Of a stretch of 64,000 nucleotides of DNA, positions 37,713 through 46,094 are shown in pieces. The notes under the pieces are model-generated. The model had not been told where the DNA came from and made no database searches. It saw nothing but the letters and a program-made list of their open reading frames with translations. The first letter of the stretch is position 1. Every line of letters begins with the position of its first letter. The stretch is taken from positions 28,313-92,312 of IMG/VR virus record IMGVR_UViG_3300029448_008119; one strand, given 5' to 3'. Position numbers and translations under genes: made by a program. This DNA comes from a virus.

Positions 37713-38700
37713 ATTATCAGCAAGTCGTATCAAAACGGCACAATCGTGCAGTTGGATATACTGGAACAAGTATAAACAAAAACTGCCAGATACAAATAAC
37801 GACGGAGCTCGTCGAGGCACGGTATGTCACAACGTTTTTGAGTTTTTGTCTAAACAAAAAACCAAGACTCATTTTAATAAAGTTGTAAAAGCAAAAGACC
37901 CATTCGCTTCTAAAGCTGTTGAAGATTTAATTATGTCAGATGCGACAGAGCTTGGCGTTACAGATGATGATAATATGAATCTAATTAAAGAAATGATTCT
38001 TAATGGACTTAGCTGTAATTTCCATGGAGAAGATTTGGGCATACCAGATGAAGCTCACGCTGAGTTAGATTTTGATATAGAACAAAACGGTTATCACATA
38101 CGTGGGTTTATTGATCAATTGTTTTTGTATAAAGATAAAAAGATTGCGATTATCCGTGACTACAAAACCAGCAAAAAAATGTTTGAGGGAAAAGAAAAGG
38201 AAGACAACCTCCAAGATTATATGTATTCCCTTGCGGTAAAAACTCTATTTCCAGAATACGTTAATAGAACATCTGAATTCTTATTTTTAAAATTTAATTT
38301 AAAAAAGAATGGCCTTATGAAAATGAAGTCAATTGACGAAGATGATCTAGAGGGTTTTGAGTTACAACTTAAATCAATTCAAGACTACCTAGAAAACTTT
38401 GACGAAAAAGATGCCGTATCGAACTTCGCCATAGATAAAGGATTTCCAGACGATGGCTCTTTTGGAGGTAGGCTCCAATGCGGCTTTGCTAAAGAAAAAG
38501 GCCAACTAAAAAAAGACGGAAGCGTTATGTGGCACTGCCCATATAAGTTCGATTTTTGGTATGTTACTATTTTTGACAAAGACGGCGAGTTTCACTCTTC
38601 TTGTTTCCAAGATGATTTTAAAAAAGAGATGGTTCCAGACCAAGGGAGTCACGAAATAAAATATTACGAAGGTTGCCCAAAACACTTGACAAATAGATAA
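37702..38700 (+). CDS. PD-(D/E)XK exonuclease, RecB/AddB/Cas4-like
   Basis: LSASRIK...C, RGTVCH, RGFID, IRDYKT, Q..MY, C-terminal cysteines. Confidence 0.88.
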   Translation: MEVKLSASRIKTAQSCSWIYWNKYKQKLPDTNNDGARRGTVCHNVFEFLSKQKTKTHFNKVVKAKDPFASKAVEDLIMSDATELGVTDDDNMNLIKEMILNGLSCNFHGEDLGIPDEAHAELDFDIEQNGYHIRGFIDQLFLYKDKKIAIIRDYKTSKKMFEGKEKEDNLQDYMYSLAVKTLFPEYVNRTSEFLFLKFNLKKNGLMKMKSIDEDDLEGFELQLKSIQDYLENFDEKDAVSNFAIDKGFPDDGSFGGRLQCGFAKEKGQLKKDGSVMWHCPYKFDFWYVTIFDKDGEFHSSCFQDDFKKEMVPDQGSHEIKYYEGCPKHLTNR

Positions 38701-38713
38701 TAGTATATACATT
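38686..38713 (+). promoter_or_regulatory. Promoter TTGACA-N16-TACATT
   Basis: 7 nt before ATG 38721, implying a leaderless transcript. Confidence 0.6.
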
Positions 38714-38720
38714 GTTATGT

Positions 38721-39410
38721 ATGATACCTTTATTTAAGACTCATTTTTCCATAGGTCGCAGTATTCTTCGTATCAATGATATAGATAGAATCTGCACAGA
38801 CGAAAACATAGAAGAGATTTTCTTAGTCGAAGACACGATGGCTGGTTTCCCAGAAGCCTTCCGTACTTTTGGAGATAAGTTAAAGTTTGGTTTTCGTTTT
38901 TCTATTTATAACGAAGATTTAAGTGATGATTCCGAGAGCAAGATAATTGCGTTTCCAAATGGTGATGTAGGCGCCAAAGAGTTATATTCCCTCTATACGC
39001 AAAGCTTCGACAGGAAGATTACAAGTCCCTGGCAATTTACTAAAAATATACAGTATGCTGTCCCTTTTTACGATTCCTTCTTGCATAAAAATTTGACTTC
39101 ATTTTCAAACTGCATAATTGACTTGCCTTCCGATATTACTTTCTTCATAGAAAGAAATAGTTTGCCGTTCGACATGATTCTTGAAGAAAAAATTATAGAT
39201 TATATTACTAATACTTTTGGTAAGGTCGAAGAATATGTTGAGTTAGCAAAATCAGTTTATTACGAAAATGTCGAAGACGTTAGCGCTTTTCAAACATACA
39301 AGTGCATTTGCAATCGTCAGCCTGGTCGACAAGCTAGCTTATCTAATCCACGACTTGACCATTTTGGCAGTGATCGTTTTTGCATAGAAGCATGGAAGGA
39401 GGAGAAATAA
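38721..39410 (+). CDS. Stand-alone degenerate PHP domain of DNA polymerase III alpha
   Basis: MIPLFKTHFSIGRSIL..I.......IFLVEDTMAGF mirrors the DnaE N-terminus (LHxHSxYSLLDG..); ATG 38721. Confidence 0.7.
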   Translation: MIPLFKTHFSIGRSILRINDIDRICTDENIEEIFLVEDTMAGFPEAFRTFGDKLKFGFRFSIYNEDLSDDSESKIIAFPNGDVGAKELYSLYTQSFDRKITSPWQFTKNIQYAVPFYDSFLHKNLTSFSNCIIDLPSDITFFIERNSLPFDMILEEKIIDYITNTFGKVEEYVELAKSVYYENVEDVSAFQTYKCICNRQPGRQASLSNPRLDHFGSDRFCIEAWKEEK

Positions 39411-40042
39411 TGGAAGATTTATTGAGATTTAAATTTGATCAGAAATATGTTATCTTTGATACTGAGACTGAAGGTCTCAACCTTGTCTCATCTAAGCCTT
39501 GGCAGTTAGCTTGGATCGAAGCTACTGGTAAAAAAATTACAAAAAAACAAAACAGATTCTTAAAATGGGAAGAACTTAATGTCTCAGAGGATGCTGCAAG
39601 AATTACTGGATTCAGTAACAAAGACTATCTTTCTAAAGCAGAAGATCCAGCTGTAGTCTTCAAGGAGTTTATGGATTTAATAAGTCAAGATGACGTTATT
39701 GTTGTCGGCCAGAATATTCTTGGCTACGACTTATACATGCTCGGGGTTATTGCTCGTAATTTAAATGTAAAAATAGATTATTCTTTTGCCAAGCGATGCT
39801 TCGATACCAAGGCAATTGCTACAGCTATCGCTAAAGACAGTAAAAATCCAGACAAGGAAGATTTCTTAGCTTGGCAGTTAAGATACCTTAATTACAGAGA
39901 AAGAGGCCTAAAATCAAGTCAAAAGTTCCTATTGGAGCATTATGATATTGACTTTGACGAAAAAAAGCTACATGATGCTTTGTACGATATAGAAAAGAAC
40001 TTTGAAATATTTCAAAAACAATTATGGGAATTAGAAATTTAA
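39410..40042 (+). CDS. DEDDh 3'-5' exonuclease (epsilon/DnaQ-like)
   Basis: IFDTETEG, GQNILGYD, FDT, LHDALYD; TAATG coupling at 39408-39412. Confidence 0.92.
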   Translation: MEDLLRFKFDQKYVIFDTETEGLNLVSSKPWQLAWIEATGKKITKKQNRFLKWEELNVSEDAARITGFSNKDYLSKAEDPAVVFKEFMDLISQDDVIVVGQNILGYDLYMLGVIARNLNVKIDYSFAKRCFDTKAIATAIAKDSKNPDKEDFLAWQLRYLNYRERGLKSSQKFLLEHYDIDFDEKKLHDALYDIEKNFEIFQKQLWELEI

Positions 40043-42600
40043 ATGCTCTCGAACGTCCGATGCCTCCAGGCGTTCGGTTGCCAGAAATTGAGGTAGAAAG
40101 GCGCGTCTATTATCAGCTTGATCTAGACCCTAAATCTTCCAACTACGACCTTCTGAGGGCATTGTGCCTCCGTGGAGTACAACAGAGAGGCATTGACAAG
40201 CTAGATAACAAAAAGGAATACTACGATCGCGTTAAAATGGAGCTTTCCATTTTAAAAGAGCTAGGATTTATCGATTATATTCTTTTGAATTGGGATGTTT
40301 TAAATTTTTGTCATGAAAATGAGATACCAACTGGCCCAGGTCGAGGATCTGCTGCTGGCTCTTTAGTTCTTTATCTGTTGCGCGTCACTAATGTAGACCC
40401 AATCAAATATGACCTTTTCTTTGAGCGTTTCGTCTCTAAAAGCCGAGCAAAGAAGACTATTGTAGATGGCATTACCTACCTTGATGGGTCTCTACTTGCT
40501 GACGTAGATAACGATATTTCTTATGATCGTCGCCAAGAAGTTATAAAATATATTGAACAACAGCACAAAGGTAGAACTTGTAAAATTCTGACTCTCAATA
40601 CTTTAAGCAGTAAATTGTGTGTAAAGGAGTGCGGTAAAATAGTTGGAGAGATGTCTGAAGATGAAGTAAATCAGATAAGTTCACTCATCCCCAAGCAGTT
40701 TGGCAAGGTAGCTAAACTAGACCAAGCACTAGAAGAGAGCGACAAATTCAAAGAATTTGCGGATAAAAACACAAAAATATACAAAATTGCAAAAAAATTA
40801 GAAGGATTAAACAAAAATACAGGAGTTCACCCATCTGGCATCGCCATTAGTTTCTACGATATTGAAGAGATTATGCCGATGCAAAAAACAAACGACGGCG
40901 ACTTAATATCCGCCTATGACATGAACGACGTTGCCTCTTTGACTGTCAAGTTTGATATACTTGGACTTAGAACCCTTTCTGTAGTAAGTGATACTTGCAA
41001 GCAGTTAGGTATAAATATCGAAGATATAGATGTTGGACTCCCAGAAATATATGAAAACTTCAAATTCATTGAGGCACCAAAAGGTTTATTCCAGATTGAA
41101 GCGGATACAAACTTTAAAGTCTGTAAAAAAGTCTCTCCTAGAAGCCTGGAAGAGCTATCAGCTGTTGTTGCCATTGCTCGTCCTGGCGCACTTGACTACT
41201 TGGATACTTATGCTGAGTATAGATCAACGGGCAGCTTTCAGTCTGTTAATGAATACTTTGACGACGTCTTATCTTATACTGGCGGTATTCCACTATACCA
41301 AGAACAGTTGATGAAAATGGCTGTAAAAGTCGGGTTCACTCTCGATGAAGCGGAACAATTACGTCGTATAGTTGGCAAGAAAAAAGTAGATCAAATGCCA
41401 GCTTGGAAAGCCAAGATTGAAGAAAAGATCGAAGAAAGAAATTTAGATAAAGAAGTTGGCGAAGTTCTCTGGAAGGTCGCAGAAGACTCAGCAAACTACT
41501 CTTTCAATAAGTCTCACTCAATAAGTTATGCGATTCTAGCAGCAATTACGACTTACTTAAAGTTCAAGCATCCGCAAGAGTTCTTTTTATCTTTGCTTAA
41601 AATGACAAAGCACGAGCCAGATTCTCATGCAGAAATAGCTCTCATTAGTCAAGAGTTGTGCCAGTTTAATATAAAACTTCTACCACCAGATTTATCAAAG
41701 TCAGACATTAACTTTGGCATTGAAGGTCGCAACATTAGATATGGCGTCAACAGTGTTAAAGGCGTTTCAGAAAAAACACTAGAGAACTTAGTTGATTTTA
41801 GAAAAGCTCAAGAGACCAATCAAAACAAGTATGATATCTTCACCAACGCAAAACAGTCAGGGATTAACATTGGGGTTCTTTCTGGATTGATTCAAGGTGG
41901 CACAATGGACTCTTTCTGTGAAACGAGCTCTTCTTCACCTAATCGTTGTCGCTTGGTCTTAGAGGCTCAGTCGTTTAACATACTTACGGATAGGGAAAAA
42001 AGAAATGTTATCCAAATAGGAGAAGAGTATAAATATGACGTTCTGAATACTATACAATCAATCGTAAAGGATTCTTTAATAGCTGACGATGGAAGGCCAA
42101 TCATGAAGCCGTCACGCTTCCAAACATTTAAAAAGAAGTATAAAGGTTATAAGGATATATACGAAAAAAACAAGAACCACCTTGAGTTTGCCAATTGGTT
42201 TTTTGAGAGAAAGTATTTAGGATACAGCCACTCTACAGAAATTAAAAAAGTTTTTAAAAACTCTGGCAATCTTTATAATAGCTTAGAAATGAAATCCATA
42301 GCTGACCATGATAGAGTTAAGTTTGTGGGGGTAGTTACAGATTGCATTTCTAGAACAAGCAGAAACGGCAATAAGTACATGAGGGCTGAAGTTCAAGATG
42401 ATTTTGGTAAGGTTAATTTTATGCTTATGAATAATAGAAGGTCTTCCACGTTAGATAACTACCTAAACAATGGTGGCAAAAAACCCAAAGAAGGAGAAAT
42501 AGTTTTTGTTTATGGTAGCAAGGGAGACGACGTCATCTTTGGAGAAAAGCTTACAATCCTTGATGAGAAAATTTATACAAAATTATCAGAAATAAACTAA
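40024..42600 (+). CDS. dnaE: DNA polymerase III alpha, catalytic core without PHP domain
   Basis: GPGRGSAAGSL, FFERF, ADVDND, GVHPSGI, KFDILGL, YQEQLM, YSFNKSHS, C-terminal OB fold. Confidence 0.95.
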   Translation: MGIRNLNALERPMPPGVRLPEIEVERRVYYQLDLDPKSSNYDLLRALCLRGVQQRGIDKLDNKKEYYDRVKMELSILKELGFIDYILLNWDVLNFCHENEIPTGPGRGSAAGSLVLYLLRVTNVDPIKYDLFFERFVSKSRAKKTIVDGITYLDGSLLADVDNDISYDRRQEVIKYIEQQHKGRTCKILTLNTLSSKLCVKECGKIVGEMSEDEVNQISSLIPKQFGKVAKLDQALEESDKFKEFADKNTKIYKIAKKLEGLNKNTGVHPSGIAISFYDIEEIMPMQKTNDGDLISAYDMNDVASLTVKFDILGLRTLSVVSDTCKQLGINIEDIDVGLPEIYENFKFIEAPKGLFQIEADTNFKVCKKVSPRSLEELSAVVAIARPGALDYLDTYAEYRSTGSFQSVNEYFDDVLSYTGGIPLYQEQLMKMAVKVGFTLDEAEQLRRIVGKKKVDQMPAWKAKIEEKIEERNLDKEVGEVLWKVAEDSANYSFNKSHSISYAILAAITTYLKFKHPQEFFLSLLKMTKHEPDSHAEIALISQELCQFNIKLLPPDLSKSDINFGIEGRNIRYGVNSVKGVSEKTLENLVDFRKAQETNQNKYDIFTNAKQSGINIGVLSGLIQGGTMDSFCETSSSSPNRCRLVLEAQSFNILTDREKRNVIQIGEEYKYDVLNTIQSIVKDSLIADDGRPIMKPSRFQTFKKKYKGYKDIYEKNKNHLEFANWFFERKYLGYSHSTEIKKVFKNSGNLYNSLEMKSIADHDRVKFVGVVTDCISRTSRNGNKYMRAEVQDDFGKVNFMLMNNRRSSTLDNYLNNGGKKPKEGEIVFVYGSKGDDVIFGEKLTILDEKIYTKLSEIN

Positions 42601-44099
42601 TGGATTTATCTAAATTTAATTTAACGCCCTCAGCTAAAAAAGCTTTAAAGGATTCCGAGTTTGTGGCTGAAACATTTGGTCATTTAAAAGTAATAGATTT
42701 GCATCTTACACTTTCGATATTAAATTTTAATCACAATAATATAGATTACGTATTTAGCTCAAATGGAATTGTTAAAGAAGGGATTAAAAAAAGTATTGAG
42801 TATGCCCTAGCTTGCTACAAAGAGCCTAAGCGAAAACATAAAATATATTCTAAAGAAATACAAAATATTTTAGAAGACTCCCTTAAGTTATCTTCGAAAT
42901 TAAAGGACGAATTTGTAGGCATAGACCATATGCTATTAATCATACTCAGTACTCGAGAAGAGATATGCGATTTTCTGCTTTCCCTTGATATCGATTTAGA
43001 AAAAATTAACAAGGATCTAAAAAATACTATAAAAAATGGAATACCAAAAGACCTAGTGGTATCACATCAATCAAATAAAAAGCCGAACAACGAGCCTATA
43101 TCTGACATTTCAGATTGGTGCGAAGACTTAAATGAAAAAATAAGCGAAAGAGGGGACTTTGAAATTTTTGGTAGAGATGAAGAAATAGATAGAATCTTTG
43201 AAGTTCTTTTAAAAAAAAATAAAAGCAATGTAATTTTAGTAGGAGAGGCTGGGGTTGGCAAAACTGCTATTGTAGAGGGCATGGCTGAAAAAATATTAAA
43301 AAGACAATGTCCAGATTTACTCTTGCATAAAAAAATACTCTCGTTAGACTTGGCTTCGGTTCTTGCTGGTACGATATACCGAGGACAGATGGAAGAGAAA
43401 CTAAAAAAAATTCTAGACCAGCTATCATCAGATAATCATTATATTCTTTTTATTGACGAAATACACAATATAATTGGTGCTGGGGGCGGATCAGATGGCG
43501 GTGGCTTAGATTTTGCGAATATAATGAAGCCAGCTCTATCTAGGGGCGATATTTCATGTGTTGGGGCTACCACTAAAGAAGAATACGAAAGATTTTTTAA
43601 AAAAGATTCTGCCTTAAATCGTCGTTTTGAAAAAATTGATATTAAAGAGCCAACCAAAGAAGAAACTTTTGAATTAATTAAAGTCGCAAAAAAATCTTAT
43701 GAAAAATTTCATCAAGTTGAGTATAAAGAAGATGTGCTTGCTAAAATAATAGATCTTTGTGATATTTATTTAACAAATAAAAAATTTCCAGACAAGGCTT
43801 TTGATATCTTAGATGAGTCTGGCGCTAGGAGCAAAAAAATAAATTTCGTTCGCCCTCAAAAAGCTAAAAATATGGAGAGCAAGTTAATGGATTCTGAATT
43901 TCAAGAAAGCCCGCAACACGCTAAGTTCCAGAAGGCCTACTCTAAAATCATAGAAAAATGGGGAAAAAGTCTCGAAAACAAGGTTTTTCCTGTTGACATT
44001 GAATTAATATATGATATATTTGCATATAAATTAAATACTTCTAAAGAAAATATTAGAAGTGGTAAAAATGTTCCATTATCAGGTAAAATAGGATTTTAA
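42600..44099 (+). CDS. ClpA/B/C-like ATPase with N-domain and first AAA+ ring only
   Basis: Clp-N repeats, GRDEEI, GEAGVGKT, YRGQMEE pore loop, LFIDEIH, GATT, ALNRRF, FPDKAFDILDE; ends KIGF. Confidence 0.9.
   Translation: MDLSKFNLTPSAKKALKDSEFVAETFGHLKVIDLHLTLSILNFNHNNIDYVFSSNGIVKEGIKKSIEYALACYKEPKRKHKIYSKEIQNILEDSLKLSSKLKDEFVGIDHMLLIILSTREEICDFLLSLDIDLEKINKDLKNTIKNGIPKDLVVSHQSNKKPNNEPISDISDWCEDLNEKISERGDFEIFGRDEEIDRIFEVLLKKNKSNVILVGEAGVGKTAIVEGMAEKILKRQCPDLLLHKKILSLDLASVLAGTIYRGQMEEKLKKILDQLSSDNHYILFIDEIHNIIGAGGGSDGGGLDFANIMKPALSRGDISCVGATTKEEYERFFKKDSALNRRFEKIDIKEPTKEETFELIKVAKKSYEKFHQVEYKEDVLAKIIDLCDIYLTNKKFPDKAFDILDESGARSKKINFVRPQKAKNMESKLMDSEFQESPQHAKFQKAYSKIIEKWGKSLENKVFPVDIELIYDIFAYKLNTSKENIRSGKNVPLSGKIGF
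43993..44020 (+). promoter_or_regulatory. Promoter TTGACA-N16-TATATT with TGn extension, inside the clp gene
   Basis: Near-consensus; with the 44327 terminator it would define a monocistronic unit for 44109. Confidence 0.55.
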
Positions 44100-44108
44100 T
44101 AATTTATT

Positions 44109-44318
44109 ATGAGAAAAACAAATCGTATCGTAAAAACAATGAAGCAAAGCGGGGGTCGATTCTTTGGCCTTCGGACAAAGGACGGAGCTAGTTACAACGC
44201 TCAGTTTGTTAATGAGACTCCTAGTTATGTGGTTATTCATGACCGAAATGCTGGTATTAGGCGGAAGTTCGCTAAAACCAGTCTAACTGGACTCAAAATG
44301 GGTACAGTCAGTATCTAA
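44109..44318 (+). CDS. Small basic hypothetical protein
   Basis: 69 aa, flanked by a promoter and a terminator. Confidence 0.7.
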   Translation: MRKTNRIVKTMKQSGGRFFGLRTKDGASYNAQFVNETPSYVVIHDRNAGIRRKFAKTSLTGLKMGTVSI

Positions 44319-44326
44319 TCAACTAG

Positions 44327-44350
44327 GGCGGTAGAAATACCGCCTTTTTT
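44327..44350 (+). terminator. Intrinsic terminator
   Basis: GGCGGTA-GAAA-TACCGCC-TTTTTT. Confidence 0.9.
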
Positions 44351-44356
44351 GTGTAA
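44351..44356 (+). promoter_or_regulatory. GTGTAA putative late promoter element abutting the terminator
   Basis: 8 nt before ATG 44365. Confidence 0.7.
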
Positions 44357-44364
44357 TATAATCT

Positions 44365-45579
44365 ATGGCTATCAAAGGGAAAGAAATATATCTCAATAAT
44401 TATTTTTCGGTGGACATTAGGCCCGACCAAAGAGATGCGGAAATATCAGAATTCGAACAAGAGTTGATTAAATCGTACCTTGAAAATATACTCCCAGATA
44501 TAGAACAAGCCGAAAGCACAATTGAATTAGTTAATTCAAATTTTTTTTATGAAAGCTATTCTTTTTTATCCGATAATAAAAAATATTTATTAAAAATCAG
44601 TTTAGATCCAGACAATAAAAAACTTTCTACTGAAAAAAAAGCTTTAGATTCTGTAAGTGATTTAATATCACCCGAAGTTATAAATTATACAAACGACGAA
44701 GACTCTAAAATTGAATTTATGCTTTGTAGTTGGGAAAATGGCGAAAATTTTGATTTTTTTGGCATAGATGAACTTTTACATAATTTAGGAACTCTTGTGT
44801 GTAATTTAGATTTTGTGCATGAATCAGATTCTTCAGATATGATGTCTTTTGAAGATAAACTTATTGAAAACGAATCAATTTTAGAAACTATTGAAGCTGT
44901 AGGTGAAAAAGAAAAATCTATTTTTGAAAAATTAATAGATTTAGACATAGATAATCTTAAACATATTTTTTCAAGACTTAAACGAGTTTTTGAAGAAAAA
45001 TATTCGGAAGATATAACTGTGCTGTGCCACTCTAATTTAAAAAAAAGTAATATTTTATATCAATCAGAATATATAAAGTTTATTAATTTTGAAAACTCTC
45101 ATAAAGCAGATATTTATTACAGCCTTCTAAAAGTCGTTAATAATCTAAACCTTTTTAAATCAGCTAAAAAGGTCAGTTCTTTTTTAACAAAATACCACTC
45201 TAATTCTAGATTAGTTAATCACCTTTCTTATGAAGAATTTTTAAAAAATTATGAAGAAAAAAAAGAAACAAATCAGCTTTTGCTTTTTCAAGATATATTA
45301 CATAAGGTACTTTTTCATTTTAACGCTTATGGAGCCTTTTATAAATTAGAGAATTTGACGAGCTGTACTGATTTATATAATAACCTTAGACCGACAGTTC
45401 AAAAATATTTTTCTGATCATGTTGAAGGTTTAGATAAATTATTTTACACTTGTATTACAAGTGTTAAAACTTACGACATCGACGAATTAAATAAAATAGC
45501 TGGGGCAATTGAAGAAGATGAAGAAGATACAGATGAATATTCAAATCAAGGAATAGAAGAATATCAAGCTGAAGATTAG
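44365..45579 (+). CDS. APH/choline-kinase-fold protein with degenerate catalytic motifs
   Basis: KYLLKI, EKKAL, SWENG, CHSNLKKSNIL (for HGDL...N), FINFE (for IDFE). Confidence 0.7.
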   Translation: MAIKGKEIYLNNYFSVDIRPDQRDAEISEFEQELIKSYLENILPDIEQAESTIELVNSNFFYESYSFLSDNKKYLLKISLDPDNKKLSTEKKALDSVSDLISPEVINYTNDEDSKIEFMLCSWENGENFDFFGIDELLHNLGTLVCNLDFVHESDSSDMMSFEDKLIENESILETIEAVGEKEKSIFEKLIDLDIDNLKHIFSRLKRVFEEKYSEDITVLCHSNLKKSNILYQSEYIKFINFENSHKADIYYSLLKVVNNLNLFKSAKKVSSFLTKYHSNSRLVNHLSYEEFLKNYEEKKETNQLLLFQDILHKVLFHFNAYGAFYKLENLTSCTDLYNNLRPTVQKYFSDHVEGLDKLFYTCITSVKTYDIDELNKIAGAIEEDEEDTDEYSNQGIEEYQAED

Positions 45580-45626
45580 GCTGTATAAAATAATAGAATA
45601 TTGCAATGATCATATTATAATCTTGC

Positions 45627-46094
45627 ATGAGTCACAAGCAATACGATATTTATAAGCCAAATTCTTCCAACTCTGGATGTGCGTTTTCTTTCAAGATTGT
45701 TGAAAAAGATAAAGAGGGTAACAGCCAGAAACCTTCATTCCTGGTTCAATCAATTAAACAAGCTAGCTGGAATAATCAAAAAAGGACAGGATCTTTTAGT
45801 GCGAACGCCAAAGACCCAGAAAAAAATATTTATTTTAAGTTAGGGGAAAATGAAATAGGCGGAATGCTGAACGCAATTGAAAATTATACAGATTTCTCCG
45901 CTTATCATAGTTATAACGAAGATAAAACTCAAATATCTTTCAAGCCTTACACAAAAAAAAATGGACAAAAAGCTTTTTCTTTTAGTGTAGTTAAAAACTC
46001 TACTCTAAAATTCGGAATGGGAGTTGAGCTATCAGAAGCTAGAACTCTAAAAGGCTTATTCGATCTTTTCTTATTTAAATACTTCAATTATTAA
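45627..46094 (+). CDS. Putative Whirly-like nucleic-acid-binding protein
   Basis: YDIYK, FKLGENEIGGML, AYH, ISFKP, FSFSV, E...L...F pattern resembles the Whirly repeat; TATAAT 5 nt upstream. Confidence 0.45.
   Translation: MSHKQYDIYKPNSSNSGCAFSFKIVEKDKEGNSQKPSFLVQSIKQASWNNQKRTGSFSANAKDPEKNIYFKLGENEIGGMLNAIENYTDFSAYHSYNEDKTQISFKPYTKKNGQKAFSFSVVKNSTLKFGMGVELSEARTLKGLFDLFLFKYFNY

Noticed and set aside
37702-38700. Cas4-like nuclease as sign of a CRISPR-Cas system
   Set aside because: No repeat-spacer array or other cas genes seen; it sits between primase and polymerase like ordinary phage recombination exonucleases
21274-42600. Introns or inteins in nrdA, nrdB, recA, dnaB or dnaE
   Set aside because: All have compact lengths with contiguous motifs; no intein termini or homing endonuclease inserts noticed
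42700-45960. Intragenic GTGTAA/TTACAC hexamers (e.g. near 42706, 45444, 45947)
   Set aside because: Not positioned before start codons; chance copies are expected in AT-rich DNA
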